Positions 19,554 through 31,173 are shown, counted from the stretch's first letter. The stretch is DNA of 64,000 nucleotides from Methanotrichaceae archaeon (GCA_963803145.1 CAWDLW010000020.1:1-64000); one strand, 5' to 3'. Numbers and translations are program-made. Notes: a model not told the origin generated them from the sequence alone.

Positions 19554-20984
19554 GTGATAAGCATGGTGGGGAGCAATGAGGCACTGGAGAAGTTCACAGA
19601 TTTGATTAAGATCTGCAGAAGTGCTTCGGTGGAGATCCTTAAGAGGAATGATATAGCGGTAGTGTCCCATGTGGACGCAGACGGCCTTACATCTGCGAGC
19701 ATAATCTGCAAAGCCCTTGAAAGATGCGAAATAAACTACAGACCTCTTTTCTTCAGGCAGCTTGATGATGCCGCGTTACAACAGATCGCGAACTTGGGCG
19801 CGGATCTGGTTATTTTTACAGATCTTGGCAGCGGCATGGTAAAGGAGATTTGCGGTATCGGCCTCCCGGCTATTATCGCGGATCACCATAAACCCGAGTG
19901 CACAGATTGCCGTCCCATAGCTCATATGAACCCCCATCTTGTTGGTGTTGATGGTGCTACACAGCTGAGCGGAAGCGGCGTATCTTTTTTGCTGGCATCT
20001 TCACTATCGAAGGAAAATGGCGGAAATGATGATCTTTCCGCCCTTGCTACGGTGGGGGCAGTTGGAGATCTTCAAGATATGGCTAGCGGCCAACTTCTTG
20101 GGATAAATCGTGAGATACTGGGAATTGGAGAGCGATCTCACGTTCTCTCTGCCAAACGCGACATCAAGCTCTTCGGGAGACAGACCAGACCCGTTTACAA
20201 GATGCTGGAGTATTCTCAGGACCCCTACATTCCCGGCCTTTCGGGAGATGAAGATGCCTGCATTGCCTTCCTTCAGGAGATGGGCATCCGGCTTGGCGGC
20301 GAGAAATGGAGACGATGGATAGATCTGAACCAGGAGGAGAAGGCTCGAGTAGTCTCATCCCTGCTCAGACGAGGGCTTAGGAGTGGCATTCCAAACATAA
20401 AGCTGGAGAGATTGATTGGGGAAACTTATACACTGCTGCGAGAAGCAGAGGGCACAGAGCTAAGAGATGCGAGCGAGTACTCCACGCTGTTAAATGCTAC
20501 TGCGCGCTATGGTCACGCAGATGTCGGCCTAGCAGTCTGTATGGGTGATAGAGACGAAGCCTTCAGCGCCGCGCGCACTCTGCTTAGCCAGCACAGACAG
20601 AACCTTGTAAACGGCCTCAAGCTTGTGAGCAAAATTGGCATTACAGCCTTAAAAAATGTGCAGTATTTCGATGCCGGAGATGAAATCCTAGATACAATCA
20701 TAGGAATAGTAGCAGGTATGTGCTTCCAAGTTGCCGACAGATCAAAACCTATCCTGGCATTTGCCAGAACTCCCGAGGGCGATCTCAAGGTATCGGCCCG
20801 CGGGACCCAGGACCTAGTGAGATCAGGCCTTGATCTTGCGGATGCGATGTCAAGTGTGGCCAGAATTGTGGGCGGCGTTGGCGGAGGCCATAATGTAGCT
20901 GCTGGCGCGACAATTCCCATTGAGGCCCGAGAAGAGTTCCTTGAATTGATAGACGCTGCTGTATGCAAGCAAATATCGCGATGA
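19554..20984 (+). CDS. RecJ/Cdc45-like DHH-DHHA1 phosphoesterase
   Basis: SHVDADG, TDLGSG, ADHH, GAVGD, KVSARG and GGGHNVAAGA motifs. Confidence 0.92.
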   Translation: MISMVGSNEALEKFTDLIKICRSASVEILKRNDIAVVSHVDADGLTSASIICKALERCEINYRPLFFRQLDDAALQQIANLGADLVIFTDLGSGMVKEICGIGLPAIIADHHKPECTDCRPIAHMNPHLVGVDGATQLSGSGVSFLLASSLSKENGGNDDLSALATVGAVGDLQDMASGQLLGINREILGIGERSHVLSAKRDIKLFGRQTRPVYKMLEYSQDPYIPGLSGDEDACIAFLQEMGIRLGGEKWRRWIDLNQEEKARVVSSLLRRGLRSGIPNIKLERLIGETYTLLREAEGTELRDASEYSTLLNATARYGHADVGLAVCMGDRDEAFSAARTLLSQHRQNLVNGLKLVSKIGITALKNVQYFDAGDEILDTIIGIVAGMCFQVADRSKPILAFARTPEGDLKVSARGTQDLVRSGLDLADAMSSVARIVGGVGGGHNVAAGATIPIEAREEFLELIDAAVCKQISR

Positions 20985-20985
20985 T

Positions 20986-21525
20986 TCAAACAGGCTCAAG
21001 AAAACTTCCAACCGACGTGCATCCACATCCATAGGCTCCATCCATAATATCCCTGGCCACTTTGATCTGCTCACTAAGTGTGAAGTTGCCGATGAGCATG
21101 TGGTTTATGTCGGACATCACCTCATTTTGATTGCCTCGTTCTGCATCGCCATTCTCTGTATCAAGGACAAGATACCCTATTCTGCCGGTGCCTATGAAAT
21201 CTGCATCGATCGCCAGTTCAGTCACATTCGGCTCTGTCAGCAAACTCATACTGGTGGAAAGTCGCGTGGCATCGGTGAACTGTTTTGAGGCTGACATCCC
21301 GAGCTCATAGTTATGCAAGTTCGTTTCCTCTTCGAACTTTTGGTCATAAGAAAAGAGATGGGCGTTTGGATTGCTCTTGCTGCCTATCTGCATTACGTAG
21401 TGATCTCCCAGTACTGGATACAGACAAGAGAGAAAAATAAAAGTTATAATGATAATAAGATATGCAATTGCCTTTCCAGTTGATCCATTACAGCTCCTGA
21501 GATAGGCTCCACCTGTACTCATCAC
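20986..21525 (-). CDS. Membrane-anchored/secreted hypothetical protein
   Basis: N-terminal hydrophobic helix; overlaps the 3' end of dapF, so the true start is uncertain. Confidence 0.6.
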   Translation of the reverse strand: MMSTGGAYLRSCNGSTGKAIAYLIIIITFIFLSCLYPVLGDHYVMQIGSKSNPNAHLFSYDQKFEEETNLHNYELGMSASKQFTDATRLSTSMSLLTEPNVTELAIDADFIGTGRIGYLVLDTENGDAERGNQNEVMSDINHMLIGNFTLSEQIKVARDIMDGAYGCGCTSVGSFLEPV

Positions 21526-22387
21526 TAAGTTCGCCGGTGTAGACAGTTACCGCCGGTCCCTCCATGTAGGCATGATCTCTCTGGAAATAAATAATAACCG
21601 GTCCACCTCTGGTTTCGACAAGAACCTCGTCTGCAATTAGCCCCAGTTTATAAGCAACTGAAGCGCTTGCAACTGCACCAGTGCCGCACGAGAGTGTTTC
21701 GCCTTCTACGCCGCGCTCAAATGTTCTGATCTCAAAGGGATCTCCAGCCTTGACGAAGTTCACATTGGCGCCCTCCGGAAAGACTGAGCTATGCCTTATT
21801 AGCGGCGCAATCTCCTCGATAGGTATATCCAGATCTTCTACAAAGATAACGGAATGAGGGACACCAGTATTCACTGCGGAAACTTCGCAGCCTTCAAGCT
21901 GCTCCATTATGAATTCTCCTGATCCAGTTGCAGGTATAGATGGCCGATCAAACTTAGGAATGCCCATATCTACCCTAGCCCAAAAGCAGTTATCCAACTC
22001 CCTTACCTGAACAGGTATTATGCCTGCGATGGTCTCCACATTGAAGCTTTGGCCTACGTAGCCCGCCTCAAATGCATATTTTGCAAGGCACCGTATGCCG
22101 TTTCCACACATCTCTGCCTCGGATCCGTCAGGCTGTAAGAGACGCATACCTATATCTGCGCGGCTGCTCGGGTTGAGGAACAGTACTCCATCGCCGCCTA
22201 TCCCAAAATTGCGGCGGCAGCAGCGTACGGCAAAACTGACCTTCATCGGCTCTGGAACAATCTCCTTGTGCATCTCATTAATCAGTATGAAATCATTCCC
22301 ATTTCCATGAAGCTTTGTGAAAGTAAATGCTCCTGAGTCGAATGGGCCCTCATCAAGCTCTATGTCGGAAATCTCTGCCAGCTTCAT
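21488..22387 (-). CDS. dapF: Diaminopimelate epimerase
   Basis: [24 protein letters not shown] and [14 protein letters not shown] motifs. Confidence 0.96.
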   Translation of the reverse strand: MKLAEISDIELDEGPFDSGAFTFTKLHGNGNDFILINEMHKEIVPEPMKVSFAVRCCRRNFGIGGDGVLFLNPSSRADIGMRLLQPDGSEAEMCGNGIRCLAKYAFEAGYVGQSFNVETIAGIIPVQVRELDNCFWARVDMGIPKFDRPSIPATGSGEFIMEQLEGCEVSAVNTGVPHSVIFVEDLDIPIEEIAPLIRHSSVFPEGANVNFVKAGDPFEIRTFERGVEGETLSCGTGAVASASVAYKLGLIADEVLVETRGGPVIIYFQRDHAYMEGPAVTVYTGELSDEYRWSLSQEL

Positions 22388-22444
22388 TTATATACCATGC
22401 TCTTTTTATTGCTCTCTCGCTGCTGTGATGTGTGGTGGTGTAAT

Positions 22445-23725
22445 ATTAAACCCATTCTACAAGTGGCCCTGGATTTACTGGAGCTAGATAGATCTATTCA
22501 GATAGCCAAAGAGGCGCTCGCAGGCGGAGCGGACTGGATCGAAGCAGGAACTCCTCTAATCAAAAGTGAAGGTATGGATTCCGTGCGCGAGCTTAAGAAG
22601 GCACTGCCTGGAACTAGAATAGTCGCGGATATGAAAACAGTGGATACTGGCGCCATGGAGGTTGAGATGGCTGCGAAGGCCGGAGCCGATATAGTTGCCA
22701 TGCTCGCGAGCTCTGATAATTCAACAATTGAAGATGCTTTGAGGGCTGCGCACAAGTATGGCGTGCAGATAATGATGGATCTTCTAACTGTCCCCGACCC
22801 AATAGAGCGCTCTAAGGAACTCGAGGCGCTCGGAGTGGACTATATCTGCGTCCATGTGGGAATCGATCAGCAAATGACAGGCAGAAGCACCATTGATTTC
22901 CTAAAACAGATAGTGAAGGAGACCATTACTCCTGTTGCCGCCGCAGGGGGCATAAACGCAGAGAATGGAGCCGAAGCAATTGCCAATGGTGCTGCGATAG
23001 TAATAGTAGGAGGCAGCATTGTGAGAAGCGCAGATGTTACAGGCTCTGCGCGAAAGATCAGAGATGCCATAGACCATGCTGGTGCCGGAGCCTATGTCCG
23101 AAGGAGCCTCGACGAGGAGATGATAGGCATCTTCAAAGAGGTATCGACATCGAATATATCGGATGCTATGCATAGAAAGGGAGCGATGCGCGATATTCTT
23201 CCCATAAATAGAGGCAAGAAGATTGTGGGCACTGCGATAACAGTACAGACATTTCCAGGAGATTGGGCCAAAAGCGTTGAGGCAATAGATCTCGCAGGCC
23301 CCGGCAACGTGATAGTAATCTACAATGGCTCAAAGCATATCGCTCCTTGGGGCGGTCTCGCGACACTGAGCTGCAAGGTCAAGGGCATTGAGGGCGTTGT
23401 AATAGATGGGGCCGTAAGAGATGTGAGTGAGATCAGAGACCTTGATTATCCCATTTTCGCATCCGGGATTGTGCCTAATGCAGGCGATCCCAAGGGCATG
23501 GGAGAGATCAATGCAGAGATAACCTGTGGAGGCCAAGTTGTCAGGCCCGGAGATTACATTGTCGGAGATGATAGCGGAGTTGTTGTCATACCCAAAGAGA
23601 GGGCCTACGAAGTTGCTAGACGCGCAAAAGAGGTCGAGAAAGGCGAGACGAGGCTTTTTGAAGAGATACGCCGCGGCAAGACTCTCTCTGAAGTGGCCAA
23701 CTTGAAAAGATGGGAGAAGGTCTAG
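22445..23725 (+). CDS. Bifunctional 3-hexulose-6-phosphate synthase / RraA-like protein (probable ATT start)
   Basis: [25 protein letters not shown] and HVGIDQQ (HPS), then STSNISDAM and VIDGAVRD (RraA). GTGGTGGTG RBS precedes ATT at 22445. Confidence 0.9.
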   Translation: MKPILQVALDLLELDRSIQIAKEALAGGADWIEAGTPLIKSEGMDSVRELKKALPGTRIVADMKTVDTGAMEVEMAAKAGADIVAMLASSDNSTIEDALRAAHKYGVQIMMDLLTVPDPIERSKELEALGVDYICVHVGIDQQMTGRSTIDFLKQIVKETITPVAAAGGINAENGAEAIANGAAIVIVGGSIVRSADVTGSARKIRDAIDHAGAGAYVRRSLDEEMIGIFKEVSTSNISDAMHRKGAMRDILPINRGKKIVGTAITVQTFPGDWAKSVEAIDLAGPGNVIVIYNGSKHIAPWGGLATLSCKVKGIEGVVIDGAVRDVSEIRDLDYPIFASGIVPNAGDPKGMGEINAEITCGGQVVRPGDYIVGDDSGVVVIPKERAYEVARRAKEVEKGETRLFEEIRRGKTLSEVANLKRWEKV

Positions 23726-23869
23726 CCTTAAATAGATTGAAATTATTCTTATAAGGAGTACGTATTAGACTAGCATATACCGTACACAATTAATCGGGTG
23801 ATACTAACATAACTGTAATGCCAACACTAATCGGTGGGTTAACCAAGTGGTGATTCCGAGGAGAATTGT

Positions 23870-24769
23870 ATGGAGTTAGAAGATCTTGTTTCAAAATACC
23901 CACCCAGGCGGATGATGCTGATTCCATTAGCCATCATTATTTTAGCATTTATCTCACTGGGCGCAACTTATCTAAGCACAGGTTCACCTTTGCATCTGGG
24001 AGTCGAGTTTACTGGAGGAACTCTTGTCACAATTCCTGCGATAGATTCGGAACAGGCTGTGAAGGAAAAGTTCGCAGGATATCCATTAGTAGATCTGAGT
24101 AACATCGGCAGCCAATATCAGATCCAGTTTGGGCCGATGAGCACAACAGATTATAATAACCTGGCAAAGCTGATCAACTCGCAGTATCAGAACGCAGGGA
24201 TCAGTTTTATGGGGCCGATATATAGCCAGGAGCTTCAGGCACAGGCACTAAGATATATACCGATATCCTTTATTTTAATGGCTATAGTTGTCTTCCTTGT
24301 GTTCAGGGAGCCCATTGTATCTCTAATGGTTGTAGGATGCGCTCTGGCGGATATTCTGACTGCAGCGGCATCAATGAACATAACCGGGGTCAGCCTTTCC
24401 CTGGGAACAGTGGCAGCGCTTCTTATGCTTATTGGTTATTCAGTTGATACCAATATTCTCTTATCCATGAGAGTTTTGAAGCGAAAGGGAACAACAGATG
24501 AGAAGATTGTCGGCGCTATGACCACAGGCTTTATGATGACTGGCACGACCATCGTCGCAGTGCTGGCACTCCTCATAGTCTCAAATGTCCTTTATATCAT
24601 ACCATCATCATCGTTTTCCAGAATAAACATCATAGCAGACATCTCAACTGTATTGATCTTCGGTCTGATGGCGGATGTATTCAACACCTGGATCACAAAT
24701 GCTCAGGGTTTAAGGTGGTACATGGACCGTTCCGGTATGAAGGCTGCCGCTGGGAGGCGTAAGAAATGA
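23870..24769 (+). CDS. secF: Protein translocase subunit SecF
   Basis: LGVEFTGGT and ALLMLIGYSVDTNILL motifs. Confidence 0.95.
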   Translation: MELEDLVSKYPPRRMMLIPLAIIILAFISLGATYLSTGSPLHLGVEFTGGTLVTIPAIDSEQAVKEKFAGYPLVDLSNIGSQYQIQFGPMSTTDYNNLAKLINSQYQNAGISFMGPIYSQELQAQALRYIPISFILMAIVVFLVFREPIVSLMVVGCALADILTAAASMNITGVSLSLGTVAALLMLIGYSVDTNILLSMRVLKRKGTTDEKIVGAMTTGFMMTGTTIVAVLALLIVSNVLYIIPSSSFSRINIIADISTVLIFGLMADVFNTWITNAQGLRWYMDRSGMKAAAGRRKK

Positions 24770-26481
24770 GCCTTTATGACGACCTCACAAACGATAAACG
24801 AATAATGGCCTGGGGTGGCGCTGTAATTCTGGCTCTAATTCTCATACTGACACCGTTGCCTGGTTATATCGGACTCAACCATGGCGTGAATTACGGCCTG
24901 GATCTTCAAGGCGGATCATACCTACAGCTCCAGCTTCAGGGCGCTGTGGTCCAGCTTAATGCCGATCCACAGAAGATACTTGAGAAGCAATTTGGCACTA
25001 GTTCAGTCGCGCAGAACAGCAACGGCTATGTGATAACCGTTAACGGAAACGTTCTGACGACTCTTCCAGACAACTTGGGCTACAGTGGCGCAAAGATCGT
25101 AGAGAGAAATAATGTCAGCAAGATCACGATTACTGAATCTCCTGAGTCAGTGGTAGCCACCTTCCTTCAGAAAAGCTTGGGCACGGATGTTAAGGTGGTA
25201 GGCTCGAGCCCTGTTCAGTACGAGATCAGAACAAATACTACCAGAGATGCTCTCAACGCTTTGCTTGCCCCTGTGGGCGGATCTGTCGCTCCAGGCGATG
25301 GCTCCTTCGTAGATGGATTAACGCCTGATACTGTGAGTCTGACCAAGAGCGTGCTGGACGCGAAGTTAAACCGCTTGGGACTCAAGGATATCAAGGTCAG
25401 AATAGTAGATAACAAGTACGTACTCATCGATCTTGCGGGCATAGATGTTTCAACCGCTCAGGATGTCGTAGGCAGACCTGGAAAATTCGAGATACGCGTC
25501 CAGACTAATAATAACGACTCTGAACATATCCTCTATGGAGATGCCGTAGAATCCGTGGATATACCCAGAGGCGATCAAAGCGGCGGCTGGGGCGTGCCAT
25601 TTACGCTCTCAGAAGCAGGAGCCCAGATCTTCCAGAAAGCGGCCATAGACAGTGGAGCTACCAAGAACCCCAATGGACATGAAATATCGATGTATCTGGA
25701 TAAGGATCAGATCTTCAGCGCGCCTCTATCGGCTGATCTGGCATCCAGCCTCAACAAGGTTCCTAGCAGAAGCATGGTGGCTGAAACAGGCTCAGGCGAT
25801 TCTGGTTCCTTGAAGGCCAAGGAGCTATATATCCACCTAAGCGAAGGCGCACTGCCTGTTAACGTCAAGATCGTTGGGTCCGGTCAGGTGGCTGCTGCTC
25901 TTGGATCGCAGTTCAAGTTCCAGATGGCCCTAGCGGGAATATTAGCCCTGCTGGCAGTTGGCGGAATGATCTACTGGCGCTACCGCAATCCGAAAATAGC
26001 ATTGCCTATGGTCGCCACATCATTCTCAGAAGTGGTCATGCTGCTGGGAATATGGTCTCTAGCAGGCTGGCAGTTGGACCTCGCAAGCCTAGCAGGCGTA
26101 ATCGTGGTGATTGGAACAGGCGTTGATCAGCTGATCATCATCACTGATGAGCTTACGCGTGGTGGTGAGGCTGCTTCTGTCACTGCATCAGAAAGAAGCA
26201 TAAAGGAAAGAGCTGCTGCAGCTGCAGAGAAAGCCAATGGTGCCGATGTCAAGGTTGTAGCCCCAAGCAGTAAGGTATATCTGTCCAGGCTATCCAGGGC
26301 GTTCACAATAATCCTGGGTGCAGCAGCTACCACTGCAGTCGCAATGCTCCCGCTGCTCTATATGGGCTTCGGAGCGCTCACAGGCTTCGCCCTTACTATC
26401 ATAGCAGGCGTAGTCATTGGAGTGGGAGTAGCTAGACCCGCATATGGCAGGCTAATAGGCTATATCCTGTCAAACAGCTAA
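24766..26481 (+). CDS. secD: Protein translocase subunit SecD
   Basis: YGLDLQGG, IGTGVDQLIIITDE and GFALT..RPAY motifs; ATGA overlap with secF. Confidence 0.95.
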   Translation: MSLYDDLTNDKRIMAWGGAVILALILILTPLPGYIGLNHGVNYGLDLQGGSYLQLQLQGAVVQLNADPQKILEKQFGTSSVAQNSNGYVITVNGNVLTTLPDNLGYSGAKIVERNNVSKITITESPESVVATFLQKSLGTDVKVVGSSPVQYEIRTNTTRDALNALLAPVGGSVAPGDGSFVDGLTPDTVSLTKSVLDAKLNRLGLKDIKVRIVDNKYVLIDLAGIDVSTAQDVVGRPGKFEIRVQTNNNDSEHILYGDAVESVDIPRGDQSGGWGVPFTLSEAGAQIFQKAAIDSGATKNPNGHEISMYLDKDQIFSAPLSADLASSLNKVPSRSMVAETGSGDSGSLKAKELYIHLSEGALPVNVKIVGSGQVAAALGSQFKFQMALAGILALLAVGGMIYWRYRNPKIALPMVATSFSEVVMLLGIWSLAGWQLDLASLAGVIVVIGTGVDQLIIITDELTRGGEAASVTASERSIKERAAAAAEKANGADVKVVAPSSKVYLSRLSRAFTIILGAAATTAVAMLPLLYMGFGALTGFALTIIAGVVIGVGVARPAYGRLIGYILSNS

Positions 26482-26487
26482 AGCGAA

Positions 26488-26525
26488 TCCTGCAGGCCAA
26501 ACCTGCAGGAATTATTTTATTTATA
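26488..26525 (+). terminator. Hairpin after secD
   Basis: TCCTGCAGG-CCAAA-CCTGCAGGA followed by a T-rich tract. Confidence 0.55.
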
Positions 26526-26705
26526 TTGATGCTATCTTGTCGATCACTATTTTAATAACCGTTTGACTAACCGACCTACTAAAGTACAATCAAAAAGAAA
26601 TTAAGACTATGCGTCCAGAACAACTGGACAGACCCTAGTCCCTGATTGAGATGCGCGATTATGTAAAGAACCTGCAATAGAGGCAACGGGACAAGGCTAG
26701 AAAAT

Positions 26706-27704
26706 TTAAGACTTATTATTAGACCTACGGTTTAGCGATACTCCTACGAACACAGCTCCCACAACAAGATTCACAAAGTAAGTTATGAGCCGCCATAGGG
26801 CGACGAGAACCCCTATAAGATAGCTTGGGACGAACATGGAGTAAATGTAGCTCATGCTGAACTCCACTACACCGCTGCTCCCGGGCGTTAATGGTGCCAA
26901 AGTTATTATCACCAATATTATCTGGGCTGTGATAGAATAGAGAAAATCAGGACTCTGCCCTAGACTCACGAGAAGCACAGAGGGAACGAGAAACTCACAT
27001 AGCCATAGTATTATTGTAACCATTACCATTATAGGTATCTGTCTCCGCGACTCATTAGCAAGCTTGATGCTAGCCTCTCTGAACAGCCAGAGTTCTCTCT
27101 CCACTGTATCTACGATTTTTCTCTCTCCGACTTTTTTCCTGATCCAACTCATCAGCCGCTTTATCCTATCAGGTCGCTTGATAAGCTCCCAGAGAAATAC
27201 CATCTCAAGCACTAGCAATACCAGAAATACCCCTCCAATCTTCAGCCCGAAACCGGTTATGAAGTCGGAGAGAGAGAGACAGATTGCGAGTGCGGCTACA
27301 AAGAAGAAGCTATCCAGAAGCCGCTCAACAATGACTACCGCCGTTGCGCTTCCATAGCTCATGCCGTCATCCGCGAGCATCTTGATCCTTAAAGGCTCGC
27401 CGCCCGCTGATGACGGCGTCATTGCCGCCAGAAAGTTGGATGCAAGGGTCGTCCTAAAGGCAAGGCTGAAGGTTATATTATGTCCTGCAAGAGCGGCAAG
27501 AATCTGAATCCTTAAAGACCAGAAGACCCAAGAGAAAACATGTAAGGAGAGGGCAAGGAGCACAAATCTAATATCCGCCCTTGAGAGCGCATTATAAGTT
27601 ATGCTTGTATTAGTGAACTTTAGTATTACTATGATAGCAGCTACGCTTATTATTACAGCAAGAAGCACCTGTCTGAGCCTGCCATCTTTGAGATTTAAGA
27701 TCAA
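26706..27704 (-). CDS. Lysylphosphatidylglycerol-synthase-TM / flippase-like (UPF0104) membrane protein
   Basis: TPSSAGGEP, ERLLD, PLTPGSSGVVE and LWRLITY motifs. Confidence 0.88.
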   Translation of the reverse strand: MILNLKDGRLRQVLLAVIISVAAIIVILKFTNTSITYNALSRADIRFVLLALSLHVFSWVFWSLRIQILAALAGHNITFSLAFRTTLASNFLAAMTPSSAGGEPLRIKMLADDGMSYGSATAVVIVERLLDSFFFVAALAICLSLSDFITGFGLKIGGVFLVLLVLEMVFLWELIKRPDRIKRLMSWIRKKVGERKIVDTVERELWLFREASIKLANESRRQIPIMVMVTIILWLCEFLVPSVLLVSLGQSPDFLYSITAQIILVIITLAPLTPGSSGVVEFSMSYIYSMFVPSYLIGVLVALWRLITYFVNLVVGAVFVGVSLNRRSNNKS

Positions 27705-27858
27705 CTGGCCTCCCCCGACCTATTGCTGAGGTTGCAAGTACCCAGCAAGTTTGGGATCTAACGGAGGCATAGTCAATCAATCTTTCGGAGGGCCAAAAAT
27801 GATAGCTAAAAAAATAGATAAAATAAGCCATCAAACCATTCGGAGATACAATACCGTT

Positions 27859-28911
27859 TCACGTAACCTCTCTATAGATTGATTCAATCTTATCCAATAC
27901 ACTGCCCCACGAGTATTTTTCCTCAACAGCCTTCCTGCCGCTTTGCCCAATCGATCTCCTCAATGGTTCGTTTGAATGAAGCTCCATTATCTTCTCAGCT
28001 AGCTCATCAGTGCTAGAATAGACCATTCCGCCATCCATCGCAACCTCATTAACGCCCGGAGTATCGAAGGCGAATACAGGCGTTTCACATGCCATCGCTT
28101 CGAGGAGCACTATGCCGAATGCCTCCAGACGGTTAGTTGTGGGAAGCACCAGTATCTCGGCCCTGGATATAAGATCTATGAATCTGCTGTGAAGCACCCT
28201 TCCTGTGAACTCAGCTTTTACGCCCATTTTTTCTGCCATTTTCTCCAGGCGCTTTCTATCGTAGCCATCTCCTATTAACACAAGCCTTAGATCCTCCTTT
28301 GCCTGCACAATCTTCATGGCATTAAGCAGTGATTCAACTCCCTTATAGTTGACAAGCCTGCCTGCGTAAACGACATAGTTCTCCTTCTCGGCAGTTGGAG
28401 GATAGAGTGATACATCTATGGCATTAGGAACGATCCTCGTCTTGTGAAGGTAATTTTTCAGCACCAATGATGTTTCTGCATAGCTTTTTGTTGTTGCAAT
28501 AATGATTTCAGCCTCATCCAGCACAGGCTTGATGATCCTTCCATTTAGCCATTCCATTGATTTGCCAAAATATGTTGGATAATTAAAGCCATTTAACTTC
28601 ATTGGAAAGACAACATCGTTATGATATGTTACAACATGCGGAGCAACCTTTCTGAGCATAAAGGAAAAAATTGGACTTGGGACATGGCTATGATAGATAT
28701 CAGCTTCGCATTTTGGGAACTTCTTAAGAGGAAAAGGAACATAGAATAGATCTATACTTGGAATACGCACGAATTCGCTATATCTTCCGCATGATGAGGC
28801 GACTCCCACATTATAGCCTCTTTTGATCAAGCCATCTGCCAAGCCTTTAACGTGGTACTCTACGCCCCCCACATGCGGAGGAAAATAAGGAGTAACTTGT
28901 AAGATCTTCAT
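27859..28911 (-). CDS. Glycosyltransferase family 4
   Basis: PYFPPHVGGVE, GRLVNYKG and EAFGIVLLEAMAC motifs. Confidence 0.93.
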   Translation of the reverse strand: MKILQVTPYFPPHVGGVEYHVKGLADGLIKRGYNVGVASSCGRYSEFVRIPSIDLFYVPFPLKKFPKCEADIYHSHVPSPIFSFMLRKVAPHVVTYHNDVVFPMKLNGFNYPTYFGKSMEWLNGRIIKPVLDEAEIIIATTKSYAETSLVLKNYLHKTRIVPNAIDVSLYPPTAEKENYVVYAGRLVNYKGVESLLNAMKIVQAKEDLRLVLIGDGYDRKRLEKMAEKMGVKAEFTGRVLHSRFIDLISRAEILVLPTTNRLEAFGIVLLEAMACETPVFAFDTPGVNEVAMDGGMVYSSTDELAEKIMELHSNEPLRRSIGQSGRKAVEEKYSWGSVLDKIESIYREVT

Positions 28912-29207
28912 GAGCCTTATTATGGCTTTATGCCTTTAACACATTTAAATTTATTGCCTTTATATCCTCAATTAAGGATCTTATTAACGCGATAAATAGC
29001 CTTCACGGTAAATGAAATACGTCTTAGAAATAATAATTGTTAAGATCACAAAGTAGTATATTATTGCATAGGGATTACAGCCATACTTTGTTGAAGCTAA
29101 CTATTGTCAATTATTCACTCAAAAGACAAAGATTGAAATCCCAACCTAATCTAGCTGAAAAGCAATCGATTTATAAATGGTAGTTACATCCTCAGAATGC
29201 GATACGT

Positions 29208-29567
29208 ATGAGCAGAAGATTAAAGGATTTTAGCCTGAAGGATTTTGAGAAGCTGCCGATGATTAACGATAATCATTTCTGCATAGGCGAGGAGTGGATT
29301 TACCTACATCTTTGGAACCCTAAGAAGATGCACTGGTTCCTCGCGGAGTACGGACCTATAAACAAGAGATTCTTCGGGTTCTTTGAGAATAAGAGCGATG
29401 GAATTGCCTCAGGCTTATGCACTCTCGATGAGCTCTTAAGCCTTGGGAAGCGTGGCGAAGCCTGGGAGATTTTGGTTGATGAGGACTGGAAGCCAACAGT
29501 GGCAAAGGAGATTGCCCAGTTGAAGGGATACATCAATATGATGAGATGTCCGCCTGATCATTTGTAA
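29208..29567 (+). CDS. DUF2958-like hypothetical protein
   Basis: HLWNP...WFLAEY....FFGF......G...LDEL......DEDWKP pattern. Confidence 0.55.
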   Translation: MSRRLKDFSLKDFEKLPMINDNHFCIGEEWIYLHLWNPKKMHWFLAEYGPINKRFFGFFENKSDGIASGLCTLDELLSLGKRGEAWEILVDEDWKPTVAKEIAQLKGYINMMRCPPDHL

Positions 29568-29801
29568 ACTATTAAAATCTCTATCATAATAAGCGTCAAA
29601 TAGTTTCGATCATGAGGTTATTCTGAATACTATCATAGTAGTATGGCAAGCTAATACACTAAGGGCCAACTGTGCGAGTATTCCAAAATTTTTAAATATG
29701 TTGTAGATATAGACCAATTCCTATAGACTCCGAACCCAAAAGACGTATTATAATTGGTGGGTGGGTTAGGGAGCATACAATTGAGTTTGGAGGTCGGAAA
29801 G

Positions 29802-30068
29802 ATGAGGTCAAATTCAAAGAAGGCAGTAAATGATAGCCTGCCGATTGATTCAGTTATTAAGACTGAAAACATTAAGCAGGTCGGGAGCGGCATAGATTAT
29901 GGCGGGGGACGTCCATATAATCCAAAGGATGAATGGCTGCTGAAATATGAGGTGAACGATAAAGGTGTTGGAAGAATTCTTTTGCCCCCAAGCCTATCGA
30001 TTCTGCTGCAATCCGACAGGGTGTCTATCACGCCCTCTGCCGGAGGGCTGTTCATCCGATCGGTGTAA
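29802..30068 (+). CDS. Hypothetical protein with an AbrB-like C-terminus
   Basis: GGAGG RBS before ATG at 29802; GRILLPPSL...DRVSI....GLFIRSV. Confidence 0.5.
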   Translation: MRSNSKKAVNDSLPIDSVIKTENIKQVGSGIDYGGGRPYNPKDEWLLKYEVNDKGVGRILLPPSLSILLQSDRVSITPSAGGLFIRSV

Positions 30069-30202
30069 ACCTTAGATTGGGATGATCCATTCATCCCATC
30101 TATTTTACTTAATCATTATCTATACCTTGAGAGCATATAAATACTTTCAGATCAACTCTAGTTAGACTAAAATTAATCTTACTTGAAGGAGATGAATATA
30201 TT

Positions 30203-30898
30203 ATGGGATTGCTCAATCGTATGAGCACAGTAGTAGGCGCTAAGATGAATAAGATTATGAATAGATTTGAGGACCCCAGAGAGACCCTCGACTATTCTTA
30301 TGAGAAGCAGCTTGATCAATTGCAGAACGTTAAGCGCGGCGTTGCAGAGGTCGCAACCTCCAAAAAGCGGTTGGAACTACAAAAGGCAAGGCTTCAAGAG
30401 AATATAAACAATCTCGATGCACAGGCCAAGGAGTCTGTCAACTCCAACAGAGATGATCTCGCCAGGATGGCCTTAGAGCGGAAGGTGGCGCTACAAGCAC
30501 AGTCCACAAGCCTTGATCAGCAGATTGCAGACCTGAATAATGAGCAACAAAAGCTCATGGCTGCAGAAAGCCGCCTTGCCACAAAAGTTGAGTCATTTAG
30601 GGCCAAGAAGGAGACAATAAAGGCCCAATATTCAGCGGCTGAAGCCCAGGTCAAAATTACTGAATCAGTCACAGGAATAAGCGAGGAGATGGCAGATGTC
30701 GGCCTTGCAGTGCAGCGGGCAGAGGATAAGACAGATCAGATGAAAGCCAGATCTGCAGCTTTGGATGAGCTTCTTGAATCTGGAACTCTTGAAGACTACT
30801 CTGGAGGAGACCAGATCGAGAAGGAGCTTGCCAAGACGAAAGCTAAAGGAACTGTGGACGAAGAGCTAGCTAAGCTCAAGCAGGAGGCTGGAAAATGA
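30203..30898 (+). CDS. pspA: PspA/IM30 (ESCRT-III superfamily) protein
   Basis: EDPRETLDYSYE, coiled coil, DDLARMALERK and ARSAALDEL motifs. Confidence 0.93.
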   Translation: MGLLNRMSTVVGAKMNKIMNRFEDPRETLDYSYEKQLDQLQNVKRGVAEVATSKKRLELQKARLQENINNLDAQAKESVNSNRDDLARMALERKVALQAQSTSLDQQIADLNNEQQKLMAAESRLATKVESFRAKKETIKAQYSAAEAQVKITESVTGISEEMADVGLAVQRAEDKTDQMKARSAALDELLESGTLEDYSGGDQIEKELAKTKAKGTVDEELAKLKQEAGK

Positions 30899-31173
30899 TC
30901 GTCAGGATAATGGGCGATGGACAATACGAGGTAGACAGCTGCTTACTTGACCAGCTCAATGTCATTGATAACCGTATAGTGGATCATGTGAGCCAAGGCA
31001 GACATAAGGAGTTCAAGGAGGATCTCACAAAACTGATATCAGCCGTAAAGGAGAACGGAAAACCGCTGGATCCTAAAGAGATCGTCAAGTCCGATGTCAT
31101 AGTTCCGCCAAAGGACCTTACCTTTGAAGAAGCGAAAGGCGTCTTCAAGGGATATGGACTGATTGAAGAGTAG
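30895..31173 (+). CDS. PspA-associated protein PspAA
   Basis: MIVRIMGDGQY...SDVIVPP.DLT.EE...GLI; ATGA overlap with pspA. Confidence 0.85.
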   Translation: MIVRIMGDGQYEVDSCLLDQLNVIDNRIVDHVSQGRHKEFKEDLTKLISAVKENGKPLDPKEIVKSDVIVPPKDLTFEEAKGVFKGYGLIEE

